Below, in pieces: positions 13,996 to 28,770 of a stretch of 64,000 nt of DNA. Below the pieces are notes generated by a model that saw only the letters and a program-made list of their open reading frames with translations, was not told where the DNA came from and made no database searches. Source of the stretch: Octopus sinensis (lineage: Eukaryota). Location of the stretch: contig NC_043003.1 of NCBI RefSeq assembly GCF_006345805.1, positions 73,594,001 to 73,658,000 of the forward strand, given 5' to 3'. The position numbers and the translations under genes are program-made. Numbering within the stretch: position 1 is the stretch's first letter; each line of letters opens with the position of its first letter.

Positions 13996-15349
13996 GTATG
14001 TTTGATACGTTGAACATTGTCTCTTTTATTTCCATTGATACTGTGATTACTCCTCATATTGCTCAACTTGTTCATCTTTATGTTTTCCATTTTTATGGCT
14101 GCAATAGATGAGGTTATTGCCGTTTTTTTGTTGCTTACGTCGTTTATGTGGACGTTGTCGTTATTGTTTACATTGACGTTGTTCGTTTTTGTTGTTAGTA
14201 TTGTCCTCAATGTCCTTGATGTTATTGTTAGTATTGTTATTTATGTTATTGTTTGTGTTGATTTTTCTCCGTGTTCTTTTCATTGTTATTTCTCTTAATT
14301 ATCACTTTTAATGTTCCTTTAGAATATTGATTTTACTTTTGATTCTATTCAGTTGCAATATATTTTCATTTTCTACAATTCACTTTCCTTTTCATTCAAA
14401 TATTGTTCTTCATTTTTTTATGATCATGGTTTACAAACACGCTCAACACATAGCAATATACATGCATAAACATACATCCATTTGCATACAAAAATACATA
14501 CATACATAGATGCACACATATATGTATATGGAGAAAGTAAGAAAGCGAGAGAGAGAGGACAGAGAGCTCTTCATATGGGTTTTATTTTTTTCATATTTGT
14601 TAACATTCAATGTGTTATTTCTATTTGCTGTATATTTGTTTCATGAAAGGACAATGAAAATATTGCTTGCATTGTCAGTTTATTTGTTGGCGACTCAGGA
14701 TGTCAGCTGAAGAATTGAAATACAAACAGAAGACGCAAATAACAAAGGAAACAAAAAAACATACAGCATAAAAGATTTGACAAATAGAGAAACATTAGGA
14801 AACAATGAATAATCTGTGCACGACTTAGCAGAAATAATGATTAGGAAGACGACTGTTCGTATCCTTACAAAAATGTCAATGATGTAAATGATGACAACGC
14901 TTATGATAATGGCGATAATGATAATAACTATCATCTTCATTTTCATCACCACAATCATATCAGTCATCACTATTCCCATCACGATAATAAATATCTTCGT
15001 TAGAATAACCATACAGTTTTGTGTGAGTGTTGATAAGACAAACGGAACGGAAAGGAAAATTTCTGTGACATATGTTCAACGTGAAATATGACCAGCAAAT
15101 ATAACTTTTAGGCAACAATTTACTTACGAAAGTATCTCGGTGGAGATTTGTAGGAAACAAAAACGCTTGTAGTCTGTGCCATAAAGGAAATCGCATTTTA
15201 GTTTGTGGTTGATGATTTCGTGCGTAATTTTAATGGGAAGCATTCACAAAAATGTGTAAACCATACTAAGTTTATGCATCTGTCGAAGTTGCATGTTACC
15301 TTAACTGATATAATTTAGAGGCTTACAAAGACATGAGCTTCAATTTTAA

Positions 15350-16430
15350 CACTTAGAGCTCGGAACGGAAGGGTGTCTCCAAAATTCGAAATATTTCAAA
15401 AGAGATATTCCAAGGGGATTCTATGCGCTGCTTGGCTACATGCTAGGGCCTGCAACTGCTAGAGATATTAATGTAAACCACAAGTTCCTGATGGTTAATT
15501 TCAAGATTTATGCAAAAAATTATAACAACAAATAATAGCCGCAATTAATAACATCATTTTTGGATGACATAGGAATGGAATTTGGCCAAAAATTGTTTGT
15601 TTAGCGAGTGAAAATTCAGTTGCCCAAGCCCACAACCCAGTAGTCCCACTACATATCCTGTCACACAAAGAATGCTACAAGTACCTAGGCATTGATAAAA
15701 ACATATCATACGAAGTGCCTGTCAATAAAGATAAATTGAGCCAAGAATATCAAGTCAGATTTTTAAAAATTATGGCAGTCGGAACTCTCCTCTTAAAAGA
15801 AGACAATATTCCACAATACATTTGCAGTAACAAAGCTGATTCCAACATTTGGTATACTTGACTGGTATGTAGAGGAAATCCACTACATAGACGTCAAAAC
15901 CCGAAAGATCCTGACCTCGACTGGAAATCACCACAGAAACAGAGATGTCGACAGGCTCTATCTAAGAATTGACGAAGGAGGTAGAGGTTTGAGGTCAGTA
16001 CACATAATCATCAAATGTTGCATAGTCTTTCTCAGACGGAACTTGCTAAATAGCAGCAGCAAAAATTAATGAATTAACTTAGTGCTGAAAAGTAAAAGAG
16101 CAATATACTATGTGTCGGCAGTGATCTTCTCACGAAGTACTCTGTTCCTGATTTCATCCCATACATAGCAAAACCTGCTGGACAAACTAACTTAAAGGAG
16201 ACCTAGATGGGAAATGCTCGCATACCAAAAGAAGACTATGCATGGGTCTGTTTTCCTAAGACTAGAAGATGATAGTAATATCGACATGAAGCGCAATCTC
16301 TCTTGGACTCTTGGACACTACAACACATCACACAATCCGAAGACTTGACATACTTCCTAAGGATAACTCTCAAGTACTGGAATCAAATGACCAAAGCAAT
16401 ATCGCTTTAGATAGAAGTTTCCAAATATAT
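15350..16430 (+). mobile_element. Old R4/Dong-clade RT relic
   Basis: Fragments IFQGDS, DDIGMEFG, YKYLGI, HRNRDVDRLYL..EGGRGL with many stops and frameshifts. Confidence 0.8.
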
Positions 16431-16915
16431 CTCATAGCTAGTGACGAAAATACAGAATGATAAAAATTGGGGATAGATAGTAGAGAGTGAGCGAAGAAGT
16501 GATATGGAAAAATGTGTGAGCATTGTACGGAATACGCACACACACACACACACATACACTGACACTTACGTTTCCCTTTTTACACACTTATCTACCTACC
16601 TATCTGTACCTACATCAATGCATAAAAACATGCTCATTTAAATACATACATACAAGTATATATATATCAAGAGGGAAAGATATGCAGAGTAAGGTGGGGT
16701 GGGCGGGGAGAAATTGATATGGGAAAAATAAATATTGAAAATTGTGAGACAGGAATACAAAGCAGATGGCTATGAGTGAAATCATGAGAGAAGCAGATAT
16801 TTTAAGAACAAATTAGTGTAAGCGATGAAAGAATGGCATGGAAATATGAAGGTTAGGGATGTAACTGTACTGTTCAAAGTAGTTATTGCCACCATAAATG
16901 ACGTGACAGTAGTAC

Positions 16916-17117
16916 ACAGATATGTTGAAAAGTCCCTGGCTTTGGGTAAAAGAAAATAGAGGAGGATCAGTTAATTAGGCTTTTTCCAACATATTCCCCT
17001 CTCAAATTCACACACTTATTGCAGCGGTCCATCAGTTTTTCTAAACCTTTTAAAGAAACTCGGAAGGTTGGACCTCCAAACAAATTTTTCGCGATACCAT
17101 TAAAGCACCCCTTGTAG
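16916..17117 (-). mobile_element. ~200-bp mariner deletion derivative
   Basis: - strand encodes a mariner C-terminus (KGLEKLMDRCNKCVNLRGEYV); TIR-like ends tacacagatatgttgaaaagtccctggc and tacaaggggtgct. Confidence 0.6.
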
Positions 17118-17160
17118 ATAGCATTGGTTCATTACAGTAAATATTAGCAGTAGTAGACTC

Positions 17161-17952
17161 ATTAGAACACCAGAGTATATGTCTTGAAATATGATGCTAC
17201 AAAGCTCTCGTCTCGGAATTCAAATCGCATCACAATAGTTCTTATCCTTCATGTTTCAAGGCTCGAGAAACTGCAGTATGTGTGTCATGCGTTGCGGTCA
17301 AATATTTGGACCATAAGGTAAAAACCTTTGGGAGTCAAACATATGCTTTACAATATTTGTTATGGCTCATCAGATTCTGATTTCAAATCTCAACCGGATC
17401 ATCTTCAACGGTTGACTTAGATACATACTAGTCAATTACGGGGAGCAATGTAATGTACTACACAGTCCTCCAAATGTTGGGCTTTGTGCCTATATTCAAA
17501 AAACTGTTTAAGATAGCGTTTTTCAAGTACCTGTTTCTTCTTGTTTACTAGCTATGTGACAGTGAAAGGTAGTCTGAAGCAAACATTGGTACCATTGAAT
17601 AACCTTCTCACAACAAAATTAAATCGTGAAAGCGAATTAAAATATTAAACAGGAAACAGTAAAGGAAGTGATAGCAAATTGATAGCAAGTGTAAACAAAG
17701 ACGGTTAGAATTTGACGAACAAAAATGGCAAAATTCTAAAATAGTAAAATTGGCAAAAATATTGTTTATTTTTATTGCAATTCAGAGATTAATATTAGAT
17801 ATCAATCAATTCTGTGTAAAAGAAAGAGCATGGAAAATGTACGTCACAAAAGGTAGTAGCCTGAAACCCCAAACAATTTATCCAGATAAACGTGGTAAGA
17901 AATATTATACTTCTCTATTCTCGCAGAGCGAGGAGACATTCATATACCCGCG
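17161..17952 (+). repeat. ~790-bp segment duplicated at 19683-20465
   Basis: Colinear, roughly 90% identical by eye; contains an old SINE-like block at about 17370-17500. Confidence 0.9.
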
Positions 17953-18866
17953 TAAGAATGGTTAGCGTAAGGTCCAGTCGACACGTGCAACGAAGTATGT
18001 TTCAATCATCGGAGCGGGACATAGGAAAATGTACATCTACTCCTTCGGACCTAAGGCGAAGTGGAGTTACATTATATAAGGAAAGAAATACGGTCAGAAA
18101 AAAAGAGAAATGACTAGTTGCGCCATGGACATCAGTTTGTCTGTTACCTTAAGTGAAGAATGAAGGAAAGGTTGCATGTGTATATGGAAAATTGTTATTC
18201 ACGTAGACAACTAATCAAATATATTTTCGTGGCTTAGAGGTGGCCAATAAATTATTGCCTAATTACCTGATGACTGCTTGAAAAAAATCAGGAATAAATT
18301 AAAACGAATAAGGTTAGCTAATATTACTTCATTAAACGAGAATCCCGTCTATTTAGCTTTTTTATGTTTTGATATTGCTTCCGCATTTTAAGGATAAAAG
18401 TAGACGCCTGTATCCAATCCATATTATACCTGTGAAGTTTTATGTATTTGTAATTGCTATGGTAATTAGTATAACAGCCAAAGCGACATGATTTCACTTA
18501 GAAGTTTGGTTATTATGGATTTTACACCAGCCCACTACGGTTTGATCAAATTCATAATCAAAATCGTTTCACCCATAAAACTGCTGCTCTGCTTTCTTGC
18601 ACTTGCAGGTCTAGTACAATATTGCCCAATGCATATCTTTATTTTTAAAGCAGAACGGGTCAGTTCAATAGAGATTTGTTTGGTATTTCTATATGTAGCA
18701 GATGGTTATTATAGTGGTGATTGTATTTCTGAAAACGTTGCTGCTGTCAATACAAAATGAGTGAACCCTTAATATTTAATATTCAGTGTAAACAATGTTA
18801 TAAATAAAAGTGGTTTTATTCTTTTTTAATTCTTTTTACTTGCAGTGCTTTAGTGGATCAAATCGG

Positions 18867-18908
<42 letters not shown>

Positions 18909-18912
18909 ATAA

Positions 18913-21071
18913 TTCTCTGAAAAACCGAAGTTTGTACAATGGTCTTAATAAGAGTAGATAACACTAACACTAGTTTCGTCCAAATGCCTCATGTTCAAAT
19001 TAAGAGAACGATCAAACCAAAAAGTGCTTCAGTTAACTCAAAACCATAGTAATGATTGAAAAAACCCCCATAAATATGAACTTTACACAGTAAGATGTTT
19101 GTAGACCTTTGTTGGAGATCATCTCTGCACATCGATTGCCACAGGACATAGCAAGTTTCTTGCCGAAGTCAGGTGTTACTTTCTTCCATTCCTCTTTTTG
19201 TCGTAGTAGCTGGAGGCATTTATGTTGCTTTGTCTCTAAGTATCTTCCAAATGTTTTCAATTGGATTCAAGTAAGGACTTTGTGCTGGCCACTTCACTAC
19301 TTGGATATTTTCTTCACTAAAGAATCCATTGACACGCTTTGAAGTATTACAAGTAGCATTGTCTTGCATGAAAATGCTCGGAAAATGCATGGAAAATGCA
19401 CGGAAATGCTCGTAATGATGGGATCACATGCTGTTCAACGAAATTCAAAGAGATATTAGCAATAATAGTCCCTTTAATCTGCACAAGAGAGCCAACTCCC
19501 TCAGAAGAAATCATTCCCCACACCATGTCCTCCCTCCTCCAAGCTTGGCAGATTTCTCCAAGCATTTGAATTTTAGCCGATCTCCTGTGAAGCGGCTAAC
19601 ATACTCTCTACCACCTGAACCTACTAAATTGAATTTGCTTTCATCGCTAAAATGAACTTTTGGCCAAACTTCACCCTTCCTTATTAGAACACCAGAGTAT
19701 GTCTTGAAATATGATGGTACAACGCTCTCGTTTCGGAATTCAAATCACATCACAATAGTCCTTATCCTTCATGTTTCAAGGCTCGAAAAACCGCAGTATG
19801 AGTCGTGTATCACGGTCAAATATTTGGACCACAAGTTAGAAACGTTAGGGAGTCAAACAAATGCTTTTCACTATTTGTTATAGCTCATCAGATTCTGATT
19901 TCAAATCTCAACCGGATCATCTTCAACTGTTGACTAAGATACATACTAGTCAATTACGGGGAACAATGTAATACAAAGTCCTCAAAATGTTAGGCTTTGT
20001 GCCTATGTTGGAAATACTGTTTAAAATAGCGTTTTCCAAGTACCCGTTTCTTCTTGTTTGCTAGCTATGTGACAGTGAAAAGTAGTCTGAAGCAAAAAGT
20101 GGTACCATTGAATAAACTTTTAACAACAAAATTAAATCGCGAAAGCGAATTAAAATATTAAACAGGAAACAGTAAGGGAAGTAATAACAAATTGATAGCA
20201 AGTGTAAACAAAGACGGTTAGAATTTGACGAACAAAAATGACAAAATTGTAAAATAGTAAAGTTGGCAAAAATATAGTTTATTTTTATTGCAATTCAGAG
20301 ATTAATATTAGATATCGATCAACTCTGTATAAGAGAAAGAGCATAGAAAATGTACGTCACAAAAGATAGTAACCTGAAACCCCAAACAATTTATCCAGAT
20401 AAACATGGTAAGAAATATTATACTTCTCTGTTCTCACAGTGCGAAGAGATATTCATATGCCCGCGCATATGAGCTTCTGTAAATGAAAGTCTTTCCAATT
20501 GATTCTTCTTGTAGATGGTAGGTTTCGTTGCCGGGGACAAAGCCTTTAATCCAAATTCATTAAGACAAGACGATGTAAAGCGGCTTACTTACGTACCAAT
20601 ATTTAAATTTATTTTCTTAGAAATTTCATCCGCAGTCTCGAAAGGATTCCTCAATAGTACCATTTCGTGGCTCGATCATCTCGCATGATAGTTTTGCGTT
20701 GTCTATCAGTTGCCTTTTTATTCCAAGACCTTTAGTTAATTCATAGAGCTTAAGAACACGTGAAACTACACTCTTGAATCTCCTTACGTCTCGTGAAATA
20801 GCCCAGAGAGTCATTCCTGAAACTTTCACCCTGACAATTTCTTTTCGGAGATCGGGAGTAACTTTAGCGTGTGCCATATTCGGAAGCTTGCATAATATTG
20901 AGACAGTAGTAACGTTGAGCCTGAAAATGTAAACAATGTTTGAAATTTCCAGAAATTTCTGAATGAATGTAATCGTTCTGTTATTTTGCATATGAGACAT
21001 TTAGACAAAACTAGTGTTAGTGTTATTAACTTTTCTTTAGACCATTGTACAAACTTGGATTTGTCAGAGAT
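18913..21071 (-). mobile_element. Tc1 (DD34E) element interrupted by a ~783-bp insertion
   Basis: ~80-bp imperfect TIRs (18913-18993 / 20993-21071). Transposase runs from ATG at 20877 (MAHAKVTPDLRKEIV) through VHFSDESKF to QDNATC...NPIE with 34 residues between D and E; left flank is (TA)n. Confidence 0.9.
19683..20465 (+). repeat. Second copy of the 17161-17952 segment, nested in the Tc1 ORF
   Basis: Tc1 coding sequence resumes on both sides (EAHM | KVHFSDESKF). Confidence 0.9.
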
Positions 21072-21229
21072 TTTAGCAAATGGTTAACCGTATTTACGAA
21101 ACCAATTACGAATTTGTACGTTCACTAGCTTTTCCGACATTAAAGAAATATTAATCGTCCTCTTTTTTGCTCGCTACTGTACTTGACTTGCACTTTCATT
21201 TGATGAAAAAAAAACTCGGAGAAATAAAA

Positions 21230-21320
21230 AACGAAGTGAACCTGAGCAGGATTTGAACCAAGAGCATAAAGAAACTCTCAATGTATTTTCTCCGACGCCG
21301 TAATGATTCTGCCAAATTAT
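21230..21320 (-). mobile_element. SINE 5' fragment
   Basis: - strand ttggcagaatcatta...gttcaaatcctgctcaggttcactt resembles the head of 27214-27430. Confidence 0.55.
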
Positions 21321-22585
21321 AACATATTTTTTAGATTATGTAGAACAGAATTGTTTTCTGCTTTGATACATTCAGACTGCAAATTTCATCAGCATCAATA
21401 TTTACATTCCTTTCGTCTATATAGTGGTTTTGTGTACATTTATACATAACACGTTCGTCAAACGTGGAAATAATGTGGAAGCACTAAGTATCTCGGGGCT
21501 AAATTTCTCCTTAGACTCAATGTGCAGAAAACCCTATCAATTTGAGCTGTGAATAATGCCCTCAGACGGCATAGTATACCTTTAATGAATTATAGCATGA
21601 AGAAACCTTTGCACTTGCTAACAAGGTTGCAGGTTACATATCAGAATGGCAAGTAAAATTCGGTTTCTGTAGCTGATGAAAAGCAACAGAATCGAAACAT
21701 GTTTCATATATTCCGGTGACATCATTCAAAATCCATATCCGTGTGTTTTCACACTCATCAATTACGATTTTCGTGTACAAGGTTTTTCTATTCTATAGTG
21801 CACAGAAACGTACGTGTTAAATATAAATGTATATACATTTACAGTTGCGATATATTTAGGAGGATGCATTGACAATATCCATTCCTATCAAGAAATATGG
21901 GATTTAATGTTTAAATCATGAAAGTACTTTTACAAATCAATTGATTACGGAAAACAGATAAGAAGAATTACGAACGCAAAATATAGTACTTTCTCTTTAA
22001 ACAATTTTCAAAATAATCAATTGATAACTTACAAGACCAAGCTGAAATTTCCAACAGCTTTGAAATTTCCAGCGTTAACATAAATATCTGAATGTCGAGA
22101 ATTTATAAAAAAAAAGAAGAAAAAAACAGAAGACAAGGAAAGAGCAGAAAGTTCTCATGTATGCCCTGTTTTAAGAAACACGTATGACCGAGTATGTGAT
22201 AAGGCTAATCATTTTGGTTTGTTTTAAACGGGAAACTTTTTCAGTCAAAAGTCCTGGAAACAGGCCAAGAGGAAGATAGTAAATCCTAGGTATAGTCTCA
22301 TGAAGATGAAAGAATGGTAAGATCAACATGATATAGAGATGAATAGGGAAACTGTGTATCATCCAAAGCACTTACACCACTATGGTAGTTGCCAATAAAT
22401 AGTGATTAAGATAAATATAATCTATTGTAGCAATTTATACCAGTGTAAGATACACCTGTGTATTTACTGATAGGGCACAGAAAGTGTGTAAATAGTCAGC
22501 TAGAGGAGCTGTCTTCCTTGGGCTACAAGCTACAGTAACATCGACCCTTAAGGATTATCCACATTTAAGTTGCAAATATACTTCA

Positions 22586-22715
<130 letters not shown>

Positions 22716-24255
22716 GTTACACACACATACATATATATATATACAGAGTGAGACAGAGACAGAGAGAGAGAGAAAGGGAAAGAGAGAGAGAAACAGAGGT
22801 AGAGAGAGAGAAAGAGAGAGAGGGAGAGATCGATAGATAGATACATACATATATGAATTCACAATTCCCACCACTGTGGGCTCTACTTTAACAATTACGC
22901 TATAGGCAAAAGCAAAAAATAGAAAGAAAGAATACCGATACTGTAGAGGCACTGATTTGATAATATTCGCCCAACTAAATTATGTTCATCGACGAATATA
23001 TATGTCCTGTGATGCTATCATTAGAGCAGTTAGTGACATACTAAGATGCCTTGCGATGTGTAGTTCCGGCCTCTTAACCTATTATTTAAAGTCACCATGA
23101 GCAAAATCTTGCCTTTCTGCTTTCTCCTATTGTATTTGCCAAGTACCGATGTAATAAAAATATTTTAGAGCCTTTCAGGCTTCATCATGTCAGCGTCTAC
23201 GGTTGGGAATCCTAAATGGATCTCACTAGTATTAGATGAGTTTTAAGACATGTAAGTGCAACATGATAAAGTACAATAGGATCAAAATGGGTAGTACAAG
23301 CTCAGCTGTTAGTGTTTTTAGTGAACAATGATTCAATCAAATGTAAAGAATTTTTTCAATAGCCTGCAGTGGAATTTCAACTTTGTAGATAAACCCATTG
23401 AATTACTCAGCACAAAACTGTAAATTGAAACTCTACATTCCAATAAGTGATAGTAATAGTGTGGGCGCGTTACATTTCCAGTGGGATGAAAAACAGGTGG
23501 GCAACCACCGAATTAAAACTGCTTCATAACGACAAAGATATCGAATCGGTGCCTTGATATGAACTGTCGACATAGTGGTTGTTGTATTGGTATACCAGCA
23601 TCAAATACACACGCGTACTTGAATCAACCAATACTGGAAATCACTATAAGTGGACGGTTCTGGCTAAATCTAGCTGCAAACACAAGAAAATGAAATCGTG
23701 TGGAATGTCAATATAGGTTCTTGCAAATATCTAGATTTATAACAAATGTCAATTTTCTTGAAAGCTTTGAGGAGGATTTCTTTGTATATGTCATTCGATG
23801 ACTTATTCTGTAAGGTCAAGCAATAACAATGTAGTATGACTCACAGTATACAAAGTTTCTGCATAGCTGACTATACATACAAATGATTACACACAGACGT
23901 AAACCCCACCATATAGACATATGTATAGGTATATACAATATTATATAGAGGTATATTATATATAAATATAAACATACGTACACATATATAAGCGTGTGCG
24001 TGTGTATGGATGTGCGTATACACATATGTGTGCACGTACGTACGTACGAATGTATGTATATATATGTATATATATATATACATATATACATGCAGGTATA
24101 TATATATATACATACATATATATATATATATGCACGCATGTCTATCTGATAATACCCATTGCATTTATTATACATATGCGTACACAATCATATAAAGAGT
24201 GTGTGTGTGTATTTATGTATGTATGTATGTAATTGTGAATATATATATATATACG

Positions 24256-24333
<78 letters not shown>

Positions 24334-24627
24334 GTGTGTGTGTGTGTGAGTGTATATATATAGGCATTTTGATATATATGCATATATAAAGATTTTTCTA
24401 ACATCTGCCCTATCTTACGGATACATTCGAATATATATTTATACCTCTATATGTTTACATCGAACAGCTTATATGGCCACATAAATATGAAGCATTGAAT
24501 AAAAATAATGTATAATGGATGGTATTAAGAAGAAATGGAAAAGTTTGTTCTGATAAATATGCTCGTTTAACTGATATAATTCGTATGATAAAATATCCAT
24601 TGATATATATATATATATATATAATAT

Positions 24628-24673
<46 letters not shown>

Positions 24674-24829
24674 TGTGTGTGTGTGTCTGTGTGTGTGTGT
24701 TGTGAGTGTGTATGTATATATATATATGTGTGTGTATATATATATGTATATAAATATATGAATACTTGTATGTGCATGCGCGTCTTCTCTGACTATGTAC
24801 AAGAATTTTTTGCCTGAAACTGCGCAAAG

Positions 24830-24872
<43 letters not shown>

Positions 24873-25514
24873 TAATTTATCTATCTCTCTGTCTGTCTGT
24901 TTGTCTATCTATCTATGCATATACATGTATGTATATATACACATAGATATTTATGTACACAGTGACGCATACGCACACTACAAACACACACACACATACT
25001 AACGCGCACAATATGCTGAAAATAGCGAAAATGAATTGAACTGCACAAAGAACGTCAATAGCTGTATATCAGTCATACTAAATCAACATCATCAATAAGC
25101 ACAAGAAGAACGACAGCAACAATATTTAATGCAAAAATAGCAAAATATCAAATATTAACAACAACAGTATGAACCTCTGTTTCAAAGAAACAGGAAGAGA
25201 GTTTAAAAAATGCATACACATATTCACTCACAGGAACAACACGTTACAAGAATAATGAAATATCTTGAAGACAATAACATTAACAGCAACAACAACAACA
25301 ATAGCAACAACAAAAAATAGCGAAGACGCAAGAAGATTGCGTGATACAAAAACATTTGTGGTAGAGTTGAAAAACGGCAAGATAAAGAAAAAGAAAAGAA
25401 CTTCCTGTCTGTATCAGACCTTTTGTTTAAAACTTAGAGGAAGTGCAGCTATCGAGAGAAGTAATAATGATGCTAACAATTGCAATAATATATAACGTCA
25501 AAATAAACAAATAA

Positions 25515-25546
<32 letters not shown>

Positions 25547-25780
25547 GACTGCTGCTGCTGCTGCTGCTGCTGCAGCTGCTGCTGCTATGTCTTTCTTTAT
25601 CTCCTCGTCATGTTTTGTTTCAAATTGTAGCTGCTATTAGATGAAGCTAACTTTTTGTATTTCTGGTTCCTTCGTTTCTGTGTTTCTCCTTCTCTCCACT
25701 TCCTTTAACTCATTAACCTTGTCGTTGTTGCTGTTGTCTTTGTTACTGCTGCTGATGCAGTTGTTGTTGTAGTTTTTATT

Positions 25781-25813
<33 letters not shown>

Positions 25814-26361
25814 CTTCTTCTTCTTCTTTTATCTTTACTTTTATCACTCTGTCTCTGTTGCTTCCTTATCATTTATACTTTCCCTTTTTCTTATTAACCC
25901 CTTTCTTATCATCTATTCTCCAACATTCTCTGTCACACAGCCTGTATTATCATCATTATCCCCGTTACCACTATCCTCACACTCTTTCTTTTCGTCCTTT
26001 CTTGTTCCTTTTCATACTTAAAACATCATTTTCTGTTTGTCTTTATAAATAATATCTGTTTAACACAAAATATGAAGATTAAACCCCGACTGGTGTGATT
26101 TTTGTTGATAAGAAAGAATTGAAAAGAATACTGAAAGACTGTACTTAAGGGTGTGTACCTACTCTTGATTGTATGCGTGTACATATAGAGGAGATAAAAT
26201 TTCTATTGAAGAATCATATAAACAGAAAGGAAATTAAAGCACTACTACCAACAACATTATACCGAACCTCCATCATATCTCAGCCATCGACTAAAGGAGA
26301 GGCGTATTGTCATATATCCACCTAAATACACTGTTTGGAAAACATGACGTAATTATTGCAG

Positions 26362-26523
26362 CTGCCAAGGCATTCCTTGTTCGATTTCGTGTATGTTGAT
26401 ATGGCTTACACAAAAGCAAAGCAAAGAACATTTAAGCAATACATTGGTTATATCAACAGCATAGTAACAAGCGGTCTGATAGTTTCTGTTTTACAATTTA
26501 TTAAAGAAGTTTCCAGATTTAGC
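26362..26523 (+). CDS. Candidate coding exon C (LPRHSLFDFVYVDMAY...GLIVSVLQFIKEVSRFS)
   Basis: 162 nt, 54 open codons in AT-rich DNA, CAG acceptor, GTAAAT donor, phase 0 to 0. Confidence 0.5.
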
Positions 26524-27213
26524 GTAAATTAGATGTTAAAATATTAATCCATTTCCTGAAGCCATCGCTGTTTTCTAGAAGTGTATTGGTTTGAAATAGT
26601 GGCTGTGCTTATCTCTTATCCTTTTGATCAACTCCTTTAATTCACTGCTAAATATTTTATAAATGCAGAGAAGATAAAGGCCGGAATTTCTCTTGCACGA
26701 TAGGAACTAAGAAAATAAATCGGATTTTTAGATTACGCGCAGTATTTGCAATATAACGAAAATCTTTAGTATAGAATGAAAGCAAATCATTGATGTTAAT
26801 CCTGATCAGGATTTTGAGTGCTGGATAGTAACAAGCCACATTCTAAAGTACAGAGGAGAAAGGGTTGCCTCTTGATATCAAAATTGCACATTTTAAAATG
26901 TCTCAAGAGTTGTACATTGGAACGGAATGGTCTGATAAATGCTGCATAATTTAAGCTTCAGTATATGTGGGGATTTGGAAACGTTAATAATGGAATTTGC
27001 ATCATTATAACAATGCACGCAGATATTTTTTGAAACCTGAAAATATATACACACATATATAAACACATGCAAGCGGACATACAGATAATCTCAGTCGCAT
27101 ATGTATACATATACACACGCACCTACACATTTACAAATGGATTCACTTGGCTACCTTAAATATATATGAGTATCGATAGTCATATTCAGCTCGTAATATA
27201 GTTAACACATTTT

Positions 27214-27430
27214 GAAGGCGGTGAGTTGGCAGAATCGTTACCGCAATGGACAAAATGCTGGGTGGTATTTCTTCTGACTTTACGTTCTGAGTTCAAATAC
27301 AACGGTGGTCGACTTTGTTTCTCAACTTTTCTTGGTCGAAAAATAAGTACCAGTTGAGCACTGGAGTCGATGCATTTGACTTATGCTCTGCCCCGAAATT
27401 GCTGGCCTTGTGCCAAAATTTGAAACCAAT
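27214..27430 (+). mobile_element. Near full-length tRNA-derived SINE (octopus OK/OR-like; family name not verified)
   Basis: gaaggcggtgagttggcagaatcgtta (A box) ... gagttcaaatac (B box) ... aagtaccagttgagcactgg ... gctggccttgtgccaaaatttgaaacc; related copies elsewhere in the window. Confidence 0.85.
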
Positions 27431-28549
27431 ATATATAGCATTTTGATCTTTTAAATGTACGTATACATGAGTTAATGCATCGATTTCCAAGTATATATGT
27501 ATATATCTGAGATTTTCTGTGTGCGTATGTGTTTGCCCTTCTGCATTTGATTGTATGCATGTACGTATCTATCTACCTATCTATCTATTTATCCATATAT
27601 GGTACATGCATAAATAGGCCATTGTACATTTGTGTGCATTTATACAAACACACACGCACACTCTGTATTAGACCTATATATATATATGATAAATAATAAA
27701 TGATATATAGTATATGTATATATATATATAATACGTAGTAAATAATATATAGCATATATATATATATAATATATATATATAATATATATATATATAATAT
27801 ATATATATTATATATATATATATATTATATATATAATATATATATATATACATACATGCATATATGGATACACCGGTGCAAATAACATGAAATGAGTAAA
27901 CAAACGAGTTAAATACGTAAACAAAGACAAAAAAGGAAAACAGGACAAGTAAACAGAGACAAAGGGCCTTTCATCAGTTGTCAGCCCTCTATCTACTCCT
28001 CATTTAGAGCATTCAACTACAATACGATTTTTCAAAGACAGTTGCTCCCATAAATTCTAAATTAAATTTAAGATTTAGCGCAGGTCAAAATCATACAAGG
28101 GAACCGAACGAAAACAAATATGGCGGCCCGTTAGACAAGAAGGAGAGTAAAATAATGAACGCTGTGGAAAACGTTTTTTAAAAAGAGAGAAGATAGAAGA
28201 AAGAGAGCAAAAAAACGTCCGCCGATTTGAACGTCCGTGCTGGAAAAGAAAGATGGTTACATGTGGAAAAGAAAGATGGAGGATGGTCACGCATGAGCAA
28301 CGAGACAGAGATATAGATAGAAAACGGTGAATAAGGGAGGGGGAGAAGAAAGGAATTGTGGTGGAAGAAAGCAGTATAGAGAGTCGCATCAAATCGGTGA
28401 TGATAAACTTAATTGGAAATGGATGCATGGCGATCCATTCAATAATAAATGGAGACCAATGTATATATATATCTACACACACACACAGACACACACACAC
28501 ACACACACACACGCACGTACGCACACACACACACACATATATATATAGT

Positions 28550-28770
28550 TAATCCAAACATGAACAAAGGGAGAAGAAAACAACGCGAGAACCTGGAACT
28601 AGTATAGTGTTATTGGACACTTAGGAAAGGGAAGAAAGAAGGAGGATTTAACGTTTCGAGCGGAACTCTTCCTCAGAAACATAGAAGCAGGAAATGTCTA
28701 AGGAAGGGAAGACGGAGAAAGAAAATCGCCAACGATACACACGCGGTCACATATTGAAAAGACCGGAAGG
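28550..28770 (-). mobile_element. PLE pLTR/3' end remnant, same family as 36080-36362
   Basis: Reverse-complement match to 36150-36362, including the hammerhead motif. Confidence 0.7.
28646..28680 (-). ncRNA. Minimal type I hammerhead ribozyme motif, core intact
   Basis: - strand GTTT-CTGAGGA-A-GAG TTCCG CTC-GAAA-CGTT-AAAT. Helix I GTTT/AAAT (G-U), helix II 3 bp, palindromic AACGTT helix III. Confidence 0.65.

Noticed and set aside
15119-15164. Minus-strand AG...GTAAGT exon candidate
   Set aside because: All three frames are open but no partner exons or motif were found; plausibly chance in 64 kb
23090-23700. Signal-peptide-like start (MSKILPFCFLLLYLP) and coding-like texture
   Set aside because: Stops in all frames within about 25 codons; no family recognised
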